From assembly GCF_001194135.2 (NCBI RefSeq), contig NC_068981.1:151284893-151325975 (forward strand): 41,083 nucleotides of DNA, in the 5' to 3' direction. Shown in pieces: positions 1 through 10,913 of this stretch. The notes beneath the pieces were generated by a model. That model worked only from the letters and a program-made list of their open reading frames with translations. It was not told the origin of the DNA and did no database searches. This DNA is from Octopus bimaculoides. Taxonomy: Eukaryota. The translations under genes were made by a program, and so were the position numbers. How positions within the stretch are numbered: the stretch's first letter is position 1; each line of letters begins with the position of its first letter.

Positions 1-201
1 ATATATATATATATGTATGTATATATATATACATATGTATATGTATATATGTAAATGAATATGTATATGTATATATATATATGTGTGTGTGTGTGTGTTC
101 TATGTGCGAGTTCAATTGTTAAGGTAATTTCTGTACACTGCAAGTATAAACTTGTCTGTGTGTACATATGTGTGCATATACACCAACACAAACACACAGA
201 G

Positions 202-244
<43 letters not shown>

Positions 245-257
245 NNNNNNNNNNCAT

Positions 258-296
<39 letters not shown>

Positions 297-300
297 AATA
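1..300. repeat. (TA)n/(TG)n/(CA)n microsatellite cluster with a 10-N gap
   Basis: Direct reading; Ns at 245-254. Confidence 0.95.
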
Positions 301-546
301 TATATTCATTTGGAAAATACTTCACAGCGTCGGTAGAGATTCATAGTTAGTGTCATGCAGTTCGATTTTGTTTGCAGTGACATTATCAATTTGTTTTAAA
401 TAAAAGTAAAGAGAGTAAAGCTAATCCCTAGTGATTATTCAATACGAAATATATTTAACGAGAAACGTTTTATGCATGAGAAGCGGTAATTATTTCCTAA
501 CTTGTAAACATTTGAAGTGCTATCTAATACAATATAATAAAGAAAT

Positions 547-901
547 ATGTATTGCTTCTCAGTAAGTCACGTGATTCGAAAAGCAAATATTCACATGATT
601 ATTTTCTCAATGCTGTTATTCCAAATATGTTTGGGAAGTAATGTAGATTTCAGAGAATGTTATGGAACTCGTATTCACCCTTCTGTAACTGGCATTCCAG
701 AAGATGACAAATTGATTCAAATATCAAACATCCGATCTCAAATTCAGTGCCTTTCTCAATGTATGATACACTCCAAATGTACTATGATTATTTACAGCGT
801 TTCCTATAAAGTATGTATTCTACGTAAAATCAAGCAATTACCTGTTGCCTCATCATTCATCGAAATTCCTCCAAACAGTATTTACACCATACTACAAGCA
901 C
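547..901 (+). CDS. Exon 1 of a secreted PAN/apple + C-type lectin gene (signal peptide + PAN-like domain); alternative start ATG at 595
   Basis: ORF MYCFSVSHVIRKANIH-MIIFSMLLFQICLG|SNVDFRECYG...QCLSQCMIHSKCTMIIYSVSYKVCILRK has a hydrophobic leader and the PAN-type C-x3-C-x5-C-x11-C core. It ends at the donor CAAGCAC|gtgagt (intron starts 902, phase 1). ttgcttctcAG at 552-562 may be an acceptor, so 595 could be the real start. Confidence 0.85.
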
Positions 902-1499
902 GTGAGTAGTTTTCTTTTCTAGTGTATGTATTGTGCATAGTTTTACTTTTTCTTTCCCTTCTTAGAATATGTTATTTGTTATTTAATTTAATATTAACAG
1001 TATTCCTTGTAAAAGAATGGCTGATACCATCTGTAATCGGCGCTGTGAAGGGGCTGTGTATAAGTGATCTTTTTGTTGTTGTTGATTGAAGGACGGTTAC
1101 GTATTTTTTCCCTTTCTTTTATTTTTTAATTTCCACTTATTCGAGTGTTTCCATGAGTGCAAACAGAAACAGTAATATCCCTAACTGTGATCCATACATT
1201 CTCTGTCCACGTAATTCGTTCACAGTCATTTAAGTTTCCCTTCAAGTTATATGCTATTGTTGTTATTCATCCTGCTGCTATTATTTTTCTGGTCGTTGTT
1301 GTTGTTCTGTTAGTTAAGACTACGATCAACCTTGTTCGAGTTATGTTCAAAGACATTTCCACTAGATGAATGCATGCACGTACGTATGTATGCATGTACG
1401 TATGTGTGTAATTATATATATATGTATGTATGTGATGTATGTGATGTATGTGTGTATGTATTTAAGTATGCATGTAGCTACAACATCATGTCTCATCGG

Positions 1500-1800
1500 T
1501 AGATTATAACGTGATCACATTTTCGGACAACTATTTATGACGTGGATGATATCTTCAATGTTAACGCCACTAAGTCTGCAACGGTTATCATATTTTGCTG
1601 CATTTCCTGTGTCTGTGTCCCTTTTGTGCATCAGGTATTTGGTTGATAATTCCTGTTCCTGGATTGCAAGCACATACACTTCAAAGTGGGAGTTAGTATT
1701 CCGATTTTGTCCGTTTCTTTATCTATCTGAACTTTGCTATTAATCTTCTATAAGAAGGAAGCTCTTTCTCTTAATTTGCAATTCCTATTTACGAAAACCA
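1500..1800 (-). mobile_element. Fragment of an RLE-type non-LTR retrotransposon (R4/NeSL-like zinc-knuckle region)
   Basis: Minus frame reads SHFEVYVLAIQEQELSTKYLMHKR...NRCRLSGVNIEDIIHVINSCPKM*SRY, matching the AIQEQE / CRLC-x-E-x2-H-x4-C segment of RLE LINEs. Confidence 0.65.
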
Positions 1801-2087
1801 AGAAAGCATGCAGTAAAAGACTGTCCGGAACAGAGTTTATTTTAACGAAATACCTTTTGAAATCATCTGAGGGGACACATTTACACTGAAGGATACACCT
1901 AAACAAGTCGAGCAGAATTCTACACGCGAGGGACCGATGCTGCATGGGTCGAAATGATTGTAGTGATCAATAAAGATTCTTGTATCGTCCACTTTCTATC
2001 TCTCTCATTAATTACATACTGAACGAACACTAAACCATTCAATGAGCTTTACTTGCAAATCATACGATTTATTAAATACTAACTGTA

Positions 2088-2725
2088 ATTTGTTTTAAAG
2101 AGTGTATAAATACGTGAAGTGAAGACCATCTATAGGACTTCTTACATGCTGGAAATTGCAGTCACATCATAAACCACGAAAAAGGCATATTGCTTGTGGA
2201 CACCAGATTGAATAAAAATTCAATGAACCTTATACACACGAGTTTCGCTATTAATGACCAAATAAATCAATTAATCAATTGATCAATTAGCCTCTTTAGC
2301 TTGTCAGTAAGGTTGCTGGAAAAAAGGACATAATTATGAAACTGAAATACGTACCGAGAACATATAATAAACGCGCGCATTCAGCTCCATTTTTATGCAC
2401 CATGGATTCAACTCTAGTGTTCCAACTTGCTAAGTAAGAATAGTACAGCAGTGAATAATTTCAATTGTGTGCTAACTGGCCTAAGAAATGTAAAATTTAA
2501 CTATATAAATATAAGTGTAAAGATTATTAAAATAATTTATTACCAGTGGTCGGTATGTATAATAAAAATCACAACACGTAAAGTATTTGTTTAAAAGAGT
2601 GTATAAATACACGAAGAGAAGATCATCGATAGGAATTCTTACATGCTGGAAAGGGCAGTTACAATCCAAACCACGAAAAAAATTCTTAAGGTACGTTGCT
2701 TGTGGGCACTAGAACGAATAAAAAT
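2088..2725 (+). repeat. Diverged direct repeat of about 135 bp (2088-2220 and 2585-2725)
   Basis: Shared blocks AAAGAGTGTATAAATAC, TTCTTACATGCTGGAAA, AAACCACGAAAAA, TTGCTTGTGG and GAATAAAAAT in the same order. Confidence 0.8.
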
Positions 2726-3020
2726 GGTGATCTCATATCAAAATAAACAGCGCCTGATCTTGCAGGAGGCCCGTCCCACTCAAAAGTCCCTGAAAAAGAG
2801 TTGTTTAAGGATGCTGAACGAAACAGCTTTATTTCCAGTGGTGAACTATTAGAATCTCAAATTATTCCTCTGAATACATGGCTATGATGTTCCCCCTCTA
2901 CTTCTGCTCGAGATCAGAAATGCACATATTGTCAGCCACCAAAGGACATGCTCAACTAGTTAAGGTTAAGCAACTGACAAGCAAATTTGTTGTATTGAGC
3001 AGAATATTTATTGTAACACA

Positions 3021-3236
3021 TATTTTCTTTTCTACTAGAGGCACAAGACCTGAAATTTGGGGATGGGATAGTCGAGTTCATCGACTCCAGTGCGTAACTG
3101 GTACTTATTTCATAGACCGTGAAAGGATGAAAGGCAAAGTCAACCTCGGCGGAATTTGAACTGAGAATATAGCGACGGACGAAATACCACTATCATTTCG
3201 TCCAGCGTGCTAACGATTCTCCCAGCTCGCCGTCTT
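3021..3236 (-). mobile_element. tRNA-derived SINE (abundant octopus-type family)
   Basis: Minus strand: A-box-like GGCGAGCTGGGAGAATCGTTAGC, B box GTTCAAATTCC (3151-3161), central GCCTTTCATCCTTT...AAATAAGTACCAG block, tail CTTGTGCCTCTAGTAGAAAAG. Family assignment is from memory. Confidence 0.8.
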
Positions 3237-3346
3237 GCTGTAGCACATATTTTACACCGACAAAAAACAAGTGCATGATAACTCTTCCAATCAGATAAGA
3301 TCAGAGGCTATGAGAGCTAGTATCTGGTATCGCATCAGGGCAATTA

Positions 3347-3405
<59 letters not shown>

Positions 3406-3408
<3 letters not shown>

Positions 3409-4536
3409 TAGTTTTATTTTTATAACGTGCTTTCACTTCACTACCGAGCGCAGCTCTGTGCGCCTTGGGTATGTGCTGTGGTTTGCTGTGGTGCTCTTAT
3501 GTTTACTGTATTGAAAGTGTTTTGCGTAGAATGTGTGCAGTACCCAGTAGTGCAATTTTCTGTATGTTATATATATTTGTAAGTCCTGCTATTTTTGTTA
3601 TGTATTTGTTTGAATATTCTTTTATTATACCTAAGGCACCTACTATGATAGGAATTGTTTCTGTTTTTAGATNNNNNNNNNNNNNNNNNNNNNNNNNNNN
3701 NNNNNNNNNNNNNNNNNNNNNNNNNNNNNNNNNNNNNNNNNNNNNNNNNNNNNNNNNNNNNNNNNNNNNNNNNNNNNNNNNNNNNNNNNNNNNNNNNNNN
3801 NNNNNNNNNNNNNNNNNNNNNNNNNNNNNNNNNNNNNNNNNNNNNNNNNNNNNNNNNNNNNNNNNNNNNNNNNNNNNNNNNNNNNNNNNNNNNNNNNNNN
3901 NNNNNNNNNNNNNNNNNNNNNNNNNNNNNNNNNNNNNNNNNNNNNNNNNNNNNNNNNNNNNNNNNNNNNNNNNNNNNNNNNNNNNNNNNNNNNNNNNNNN
4001 NNNNNNNNNNNNNNNNNNNNNNNNNNNNNNNNNNNNNNNNNNNNNNNNNNNNNNNNNNNNNNNNNNNNNNNNNNNNNNNNNNNNNNNNNNNNNNNNNNNN
4101 NNNNNNNNNNNNNNNNNNNNNNNNNNNNNNNNNNNNNTATATTTCTTTTCATTATGTGTTTTTGGTAATTTCTGGTGGGGAGGCTTTGGTCTTGTGCAGC
4201 AATTAAAAATCCTTCAGTCTCTGCTTTGAGTCCTGAGCTTCTCAGCCATTGCTGGGATTTTTCTCTGTCTATTTCTTTCGCATTTAGTTTAGCCCAGTAT
4301 TTACCATGTAGGGGCTTTTCTCGCCATCGTTTTATCATGGTCCGTTGCTGTTCTAGTTTTAGTTTGGATTTCATTTGTTTTATAGCTTTTGTTGTTTCTT
4401 CTTCTTCTTCTTCGTATTTGTTAGGTAGATTGATTTCTTGTTTGTATTTGTCAGCTTCCTTAAATACTGAAAACAGTTTTTTGTTTTGCTCGTGTTTTGT
4501 GGCTATTTGTATTAGTTTTTGCTCGTGTTTTGTGGC
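3406..4536 (-). mobile_element. 5'-truncated R4/Dong-like LINE, copy 1, between two (TAA)n arrays (contains an N gap)
   Basis: WREKPLHGKY...WLRSSGLKAETEGFLIAAQDQSLPTRNY, then after the gap IPIIVGALG...LLGTAHILRKTLSIQ*. The 3' UTR runs into (TAA)n at about 3343-3405; the 5' end abuts (TAA)n at 4537-4601. Confidence 0.88.
3673..4137. other. Assembly gap (others at 245-254, 10518-10539, 15483-15795, 16461-16720, 26895-27107, 34980-35330)
   Basis: Runs of N; ORF-track entries spanning them are artefacts. Confidence 1.

Positions 4537-4601
<65 letters not shown>
4537..4601. repeat. (ATT)n array between Dong-like copies 1 and 2 (a second array lies at about 3343-3405)
   Basis: Direct reading. Confidence 0.95.
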
Positions 4602-4604
<3 letters not shown>

Positions 4605-6175
4605 CACACACACAAGAGATTGGACTGTTGTAAAAGAAAAAAGTCCTAACATCGAGCTACAAATGACCTTAGATGTCAAGAACAATCCTAAGTATCCTAG
4701 CTGTCCCTAATAACAGTTTTCTGAAGCTGTACTAAACTGGCTTTTATGCCTATTTCCTCTATCCATCTGTTCAGATCTATAGGGATAGTTCCCAATGCAC
4801 CTATAACTAATGGGATACGTTTTATCCGCACTTTCCATAGATTCTGTAAATCTATGGATAGGCCCTTGTACTTTGCTATTTTTTCTATACATCCTATATT
4901 GAATTTTTCCTCAATTGGGACTGTGAAATCAATTATCTTGCACATTCTATTCTCTTTATCTACCACTACTAAACCAGGCCTTCTAGCTTCTATTACTCCG
5001 TCAGTCTGAATGTTAAATTCCCACATCTTGTATTTCGTACTTTCTATCACTTTACTAGATTCATATTTATACGATTTATTAGTATGTTCAAATCCTAGCT
5101 TTTATCATAACTCCCAGTGGATTATTCTCCCTAGTTGTCATGTCTTTTCTTGTATTCTTACTATGCCAGTATCTTACATTCATTTACTATATCAGTAACG
5201 CTTTCCTCTTTTGGTTTGCATAAACTACACTGGGAATCTACTTGGAGTTTTCTATCTTGGCTTTTATCGAATTATTCCTTAGTACAGGATTTTGTGCAGC
5301 TACTAACAAACTTTATGTTTCCTTTCTCAGCTTTTATTTCTGCAACCATAATGATATCATACTACTACTATTTGCTGCAACTATTTTTGGGAATGTATAA
5401 TGCAATGCCTTCTCGTGCCAGTCAGATACTCTCTGTTTATTTTTCTGGTTTTTAAATTCGCTTGGTCTTTTGGCTACCTTATGTCTTGCTGTGATTCTAG
5501 CACTTTTAATAAACTTTCTTCACTATTATCTACATAGGAGTTATCTGCTCTAGCTATCTCCACGCAGTCTTCTACTGATATTAACTCTCTCCCACTCTCC
5601 TTTCTAGATAAATATAATCTTGCTACTCCTGCCCTTAGGTGGAGTCCTCTATTCATATTGAATTCCTACCTTGTTCTTTTGTTTAGTTTTGCCAATTCAG
5701 TTTTTGTCCGATCTTCAAAAGTATCTAAGTGATGATACTGACCAAGTATTTACAGGCCTCTCTAGATTCAGACCATATAGCTTTGACTTCATTAACTTCC
5801 TCACCATTCTGATGTACTCCATTTCAATTTTCGTTTTCATTTCAGTATGTATTCTGTCAAATTCTAATACTCCTAGATACTTATAACTCTCTCCTCCTTT
5901 CAATGATTTTAATGTCTGGCCATCTAGTAATTGGATGCTTTCGCTATTGACTACATGTTCCCTTCTCATTACAAATATTGCACACTTATCTGTGCCAAAT
6001 TCCATGCCTGTATCTATACTGAATAGTCTTACAGTCTGTATTAAGTAGTCGATCTCTTTACCATTTTTCTAAGAAGCTTCAGACCATCCATGTAGAGAAA
6101 ATGGTTAATTTTTCCATTGCTAGTTTTGAACTGATACCCTGGCTTTGTCTTCCTTAATTCTAAAGTGAAGGGGAT
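4602..6175 (-). mobile_element. Degenerate R4/Dong-like LINE, copy 2 (RT C-terminus to RLE endonuclease)
   Basis: HFLYMDG (6083-6094, from YMDD), MEFGTDKC, YKYLG, ARLYLSRKESGRELISVED and RLE region RRPGLVVVD...IIDFTVP...EKIAKY...IPLVIGALG, with several stops and frameshifts. The 3' end runs into (TAA)n at 4537-4601. Confidence 0.88.
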
Positions 6176-6790
6176 CAAGCATAAGACAAATATTAAAAGA
6201 GACAATGAGTCTCCCTGAAAAATTCCTTTTACAATAAAATTAGAGTTGTTTGAAGTAAGAACAACAGTCTGAATGTTCTTAAGTTAGAAAGGTTACATCT
6301 TTAAGTTTTTATGATACAGTAACCTGTTTCCATACACGTTCATTAAGAGATGTGAAGTATTAAAATACATGAGTTTAACACCAGCTCATGAGTATACATT
6401 TATAACTTTAGAGGATAGAATATCAACTGGACACCTTGTTTTGTGGAAATTTGATGAATAAGAGATTGTAACACCTAATGAATATGCGCATAGGTGTGGG
6501 ACAAATTGCACTGGAAAAGAATTCATTGAGAATAGAAAAACGAAACTGGGAGGGAAGTGACTATCAATTTTACTTGACTACCAATTCAACTTGTTCATCA
6601 ATTCAAATTGACTATCAATTCAATTTGACTATCAATTCAACTACAGTTATAAATCAATCTCAGAGGTGTATTGGGTAAGATAAGATACTTCTAAGTTAGA
6701 TAACAGCTAATAGGGGTCAGAAATAGGGTTCAGTCATTACTTTTCCAAAAGTTTTAACACATGAAATATATTTTCCTTGTCTTCCTAAAG

Positions 6791-6964
6791 CTGAATGCCC
6801 TATATCAGCCGGCTACATTTACCAACCAGAATTTAGATTATGTTTTCGACTAAGTTTAGAGAAAAAAACATGGAATCAAGCTGCAGATGATTGCAATATG
6901 AATCGAGGACAACTTATGCACGCGGAAAATGAAGAAATAATGAAGTATCTACAAACGGTATTGG
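6791..6964 (+). CDS. Exon 2: N-terminal half of the C-type lectin domain
   Basis: Acceptor ttttccttgtcttcctaaAG|CT, 174 nt, phase 1-1, donor TTGG|gtgagt. Translates (P)ECPISAGYIYQPEFRLCFRLSLEKKTWNQAADDCNMNRGQLMHAENEEIMKYLQTVL, with the long-form CTLD N-terminal Cys pair and W-x2-A-x3-C-x4-G-x-L. Below the ORF-track threshold. Confidence 0.9.
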
Positions 6965-7331
6965 GTGAGTAACATTTTACTATTTTATACAACTCTCTCT
7001 CACACCTAGCAAGCTCTCATTCTCTCTCTACTTATCTATGTATCTATCTCACACACACACGCACGCGCACACACACATACTCGCGCATTCAAACGAAAAT
7101 GTCCTCAAGATATATCTAATATCATAAACGATAAATGTTTAATGACATTCTTAATTTAAATTTTCGCAAATAAAACTCGCAAATATAATTCGGACTTTGG
7201 TCTAATCTTTTTTTCATTTGTACTCTCTACTCTAATTGTTTCGTTTACGATGAGAAAATACATAGGCATTTGATAAAATACTGAATTTAATCATTTAGTT
7301 TCATACATGTATTGTTAAAGAATTATAGTAT

Positions 7332-7825
7332 ACTAGCAGTATAGCCCGGCTTTGCCCGGGATTAAGTTAGGATTATTAAGCTAATCAAGCTCTTTATTTC
7401 AAACCAAACAAAATAACATCGACGTCAAATTTGAGCGAAATCCGTTGAAACTAGTAAACTTTTGGCTGAAAATGAGTTGCAGACAATTTGATTGGGAAAT
7501 CCTATAAGGAATCAATTTATCGATTTTTTCCACTCATCGATTTATTTTTTCGTCTTTGAAGAACTTAAAGCATTCAAGGATCCCATGAGTCCTAAGTAAT
7601 GCTGGCATCAAGTTTGAACAAAATACATCAAAATTGGTAAAACTTATGGTTGAAAATGAGGTGTAGCCAATTTTATTGGGAAATCCTATAAGGAATCGGT
7701 TTATCGATTTTTTTAATCCTGATTAAATGGAAAACCCCATAAGGAATCAATTTATTGATTTTTCACCTCAAATAGGACTTAACAGATCACAACGTTGCTG
7801 ATTCAAAAACATCTATAATTATACT
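7332..7825 (+). mobile_element. Probable non-autonomous Helitron-like element with internal tandem units
   Basis: 5' end ACTAGCAGTATAGCCCGGCTTTGCCCGGG resembles Lep1-type non-autonomous Helitron starts. Internal repeat ATTGGGAAATCCTATAAGGAATC...TTTATCGATTTTT occurs at about 7490 and 7675, with a partial third copy at about 7735. Confidence 0.5.
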
Positions 7826-8065
7826 TTAAAGTTGGTTTTCACACCCAACCCAGTTCTGGAGAATCAGTGTCGCGACGGGAGTGCATGGGTTGGGAGTTTG
7901 ATCGGCAGAGGTGATCAGGCGATCATGCCAGCCCTTTGAAAACACCACCCCATCATCTAATCCCACTTTGCCCATGGGTTGGGAACCCTTCCAGCAAGGA
8001 AAACAGAACGCCCAAAAGGGCTGCAGCTGCTGTTGCACCTCCTCCACTTATACTTCCTCTTCCTC

Positions 8066-8066
8066 T

Positions 8067-8138
<72 letters not shown>
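8066..8138. repeat. (TAC)n microsatellite
   Basis: Direct reading. Confidence 0.95.
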
Positions 8139-8599
8139 ATTAATCAATTTCTAAAGCTGTACTTTGCATTCAGCTTGAAAAGCACATACTTATATGATAT
8201 GAAGTATGTTATTATCTTTCATATTATTTTTAACCCTATACTATTGAAACACATTGCTGATTGTCCTAGAAGGCAAAGTTACTAATTTTGTAAGAAAGAT
8301 TTAAATCTAGGTACAACTTAGTTAAAGAGATAATTCTATGTCATTGTTAAACGTAATGAATATAAATGATACAGAAGATTTGCTGTACATAAGCAAATTT
8401 GTAAGTGCAAGATATTTATTATTTTCTTTTATAAAGTAATTTTTTTCCATTTCCCACCCACTTTTCTATATAATCATCTTATTTATTTACAATGCGAAAA
8501 TCGTACTCGACTAAAATACATTAGACAAATTTATTTTTATTCATGTAAATCTTGCATAAATAATGGCTCTGCCTATTTCTGTAACCAAATAAGTTTTGA

Positions 8600-9323
8600 G
8601 TCTCTACAAGCAGGATTTTAGGATTAAATTTGTCAAATATTTATGTGTCCTGTTTTCAAGAGCAGCTTCATGTATTGGTGAACAATCAACAGCGCTGGGG
8701 AGCATAAAGATAAAAGTTGTAGTTGAGAAAAAGTGAGCTAACTTGTAGGAATGGAGGCCATCTGAATGCTGGAAAAGAGTTACCTGTATCATGGTCAATA
8801 GCAGCGAGTATCAAAATGCTGACATCATGACTTCTGTTCAAAGACTGATTTGTGAGCAATCTAGAGGCTGTTAGATGTGATATGTACATCATGGGAAGAA
8901 AGTTACTCCAAAATTGCTGGAATGATTCGTCTGGCAGCAGGATTCGTCTCCTTGCTCTATCTCCTGAAATATTCAAAGTGGCTGTCGTAGAATATTTACG
9001 ATTTCACCAGCCGCAATTTCTGGGATCCTAATTTCCCCAATTTTAATCCAATGGGTTATTATGTGTGGGGCGCAGTTGAGAAAGTCATCAAATACGCTGC
9101 CTGCAACCCATGTACACATTGATGGATGCATGTACCAAGTTTCGGACCTGTCTTGAGGCTGTGTTTGGAAACTGAGGGCGCTAGCTTGAGTAAACCATTA
9201 TTTGCCAACCATAAGGTATTTAATATCTAAAAACAAAAAATTATATATTTTATTTTTGGATGGAATATTGTGTTTTCTTGACATTTTATGCAAACTGTCT
9301 AATTTAAGCCGAACACCCTGCAT
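8600..9323 (+). mobile_element. Tc1/mariner-superfamily transposase relic
   Basis: WQQDSSPC, PNFPNFNPMGYYVWGAVEK (WPPNSPDLNPLDY-like), KFRTCLEAV, and a TIR-like end GAACACCCTGCATA. Confidence 0.75.
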
Positions 9324-10213
9324 ACTGATTTCTATTATTTGCTCACAGCTCAAAGAATTGGGGGAACAAAAATCAATTATGTCGACTCTAATAGAATACT
9401 TGTTATTTCATCGATACTAGAGAGAAGGAAAACCAAAGTCCAATCTGAGTTCAAATAACACCATGTCGGCAACATCTGAACTATAAGGCTTTGTTCTTAA
9501 TCCGTCTTTTTCTACTTTAATTTTGCAAATTACCGTACTTTCTGTACATTAGTTATGATAAGTTTAAGAAACTTTTTTTTTTCGTATAGTTGCACTTGGA
9601 TGACTGAAACCAATATACATGAATGTTGGGTTTCTTAGTTTTATTTTAGTGTGTTACGTTTATAGCTGTATAAGAAGCATGAAAATGTGTTTCTGAACGT
9701 AAAAACTACATTGTGGGCATAATTCTAGCCAATTATGCCGATTAAAAAAACTTTTTTCAATCCAAGTCACATTAAATTTGGTTCAATCCGAAAGTCCAAT
9801 ATATTCTCAAATGTTAGGTACGTATGTAGGCCTATATGTTTGTATGTACAAATATAGTTTTAAAACAGAAATGGGGCACTCATTACATTCTAATGCGTTT
9901 AAAAATGTTTAGTCATTTCTCTCCTAGCTGTAAAACACGGCGCACGCCAGCGGGTTATATGCAGATTTTGAGCTGCGTTAGAGTGGGTGAAAATAACGAC
10001 ACTGACTGATCATTTGACTGGTTCGAATTGCATAATATAGTCCAGAATGCACTGTGTAAGCACAAATAAGGCAGAATATCATGATTGATCACGGCTACGC
10101 TTGGGCTTAACAACAAGAATAACAAGAAGATTCTATGATGGTCAAATATACATCGAATAATAAAATGTTTTTGCATGCCGATTCTTGATCTGTGATTTTC
10201 GTTTGTTTTTCAG

Positions 10214-10446
10214 AAAAATGGCCAAACGACAATTTCTATTTTGGATTGTGTAAAGACATTAAGAAAGGCGTCTTTCTATGGCAGAATGGAGAAGCACCTA
10301 CGTATGATTTCTGGAGGGCGAGTAGACCTGACAACTATGGGGGCAATCAGCACTGTGTACGTTTAGACCCAAAAAGTAATCACGAATGGAATGATCATCC
10401 TTGCGACAGGGACAGTGAGAGATATATATGCGAGATAGTCATGTGA
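10214..10446 (+). CDS. Exon 3 (terminal): C-terminal half of the C-type lectin domain
   Basis: Acceptor gtttgtttttcAG|AA, phase 1. Reads (E)KWPNDNFYFGLCKDIKKGVFLWQNG...WRASRPDNYGGNQHCV...WNDHPC...YICEIVM-stop. Spliced CDS from 595 is 307+174+233 = 714 nt (237 aa), in frame; 253 aa from 547. Confidence 0.92.
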
Positions 10447-10474
10447 TAAATGTGTAGCTGGAAGAACCTTAATT

Positions 10475-10505
<31 letters not shown>

Positions 10506-10550
10506 CACACACACACANNNNNNNNNNNNNNNNNNNNNNCGCACACACAC

Positions 10551-10588
<38 letters not shown>

Positions 10589-10913
10589 ATGCACAACCAT
10601 GCATACACACAGATACACACTCATTTATGTAAGTGTATATCTGTGTGTGTACGTATACATATTTGCCTATATATATGTATATGTATGCATATATTCATAT
10701 ACATACATCCATACACACACACACAAACACATATGTTAATGCGCAATATATGGATTTATATAATCCGGTGATAATCACACAAAAAACTGCTGTAGTGGAA
10801 CAAACTACAAACCACATAGTAAACCAATACCTATGAGGATCTTGTAGAATCCTATTCATTTGGAATCCAGTTAATCTAATCAGTGAAGATCATTTTACGA
10901 GAAATATATAGAA

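Noticed and set aside
55-350. Short ORFs over microsatellites (also at 7900-8285, 10363-10836, 14278-14841, 15319-16835, 18405-18695, 21454-21985, 25706-26083)
   Set aside because: Translations of (TA)n, (CA)n, (GA)n, (TAA)n repeats or N runs; no domain content or splice context.
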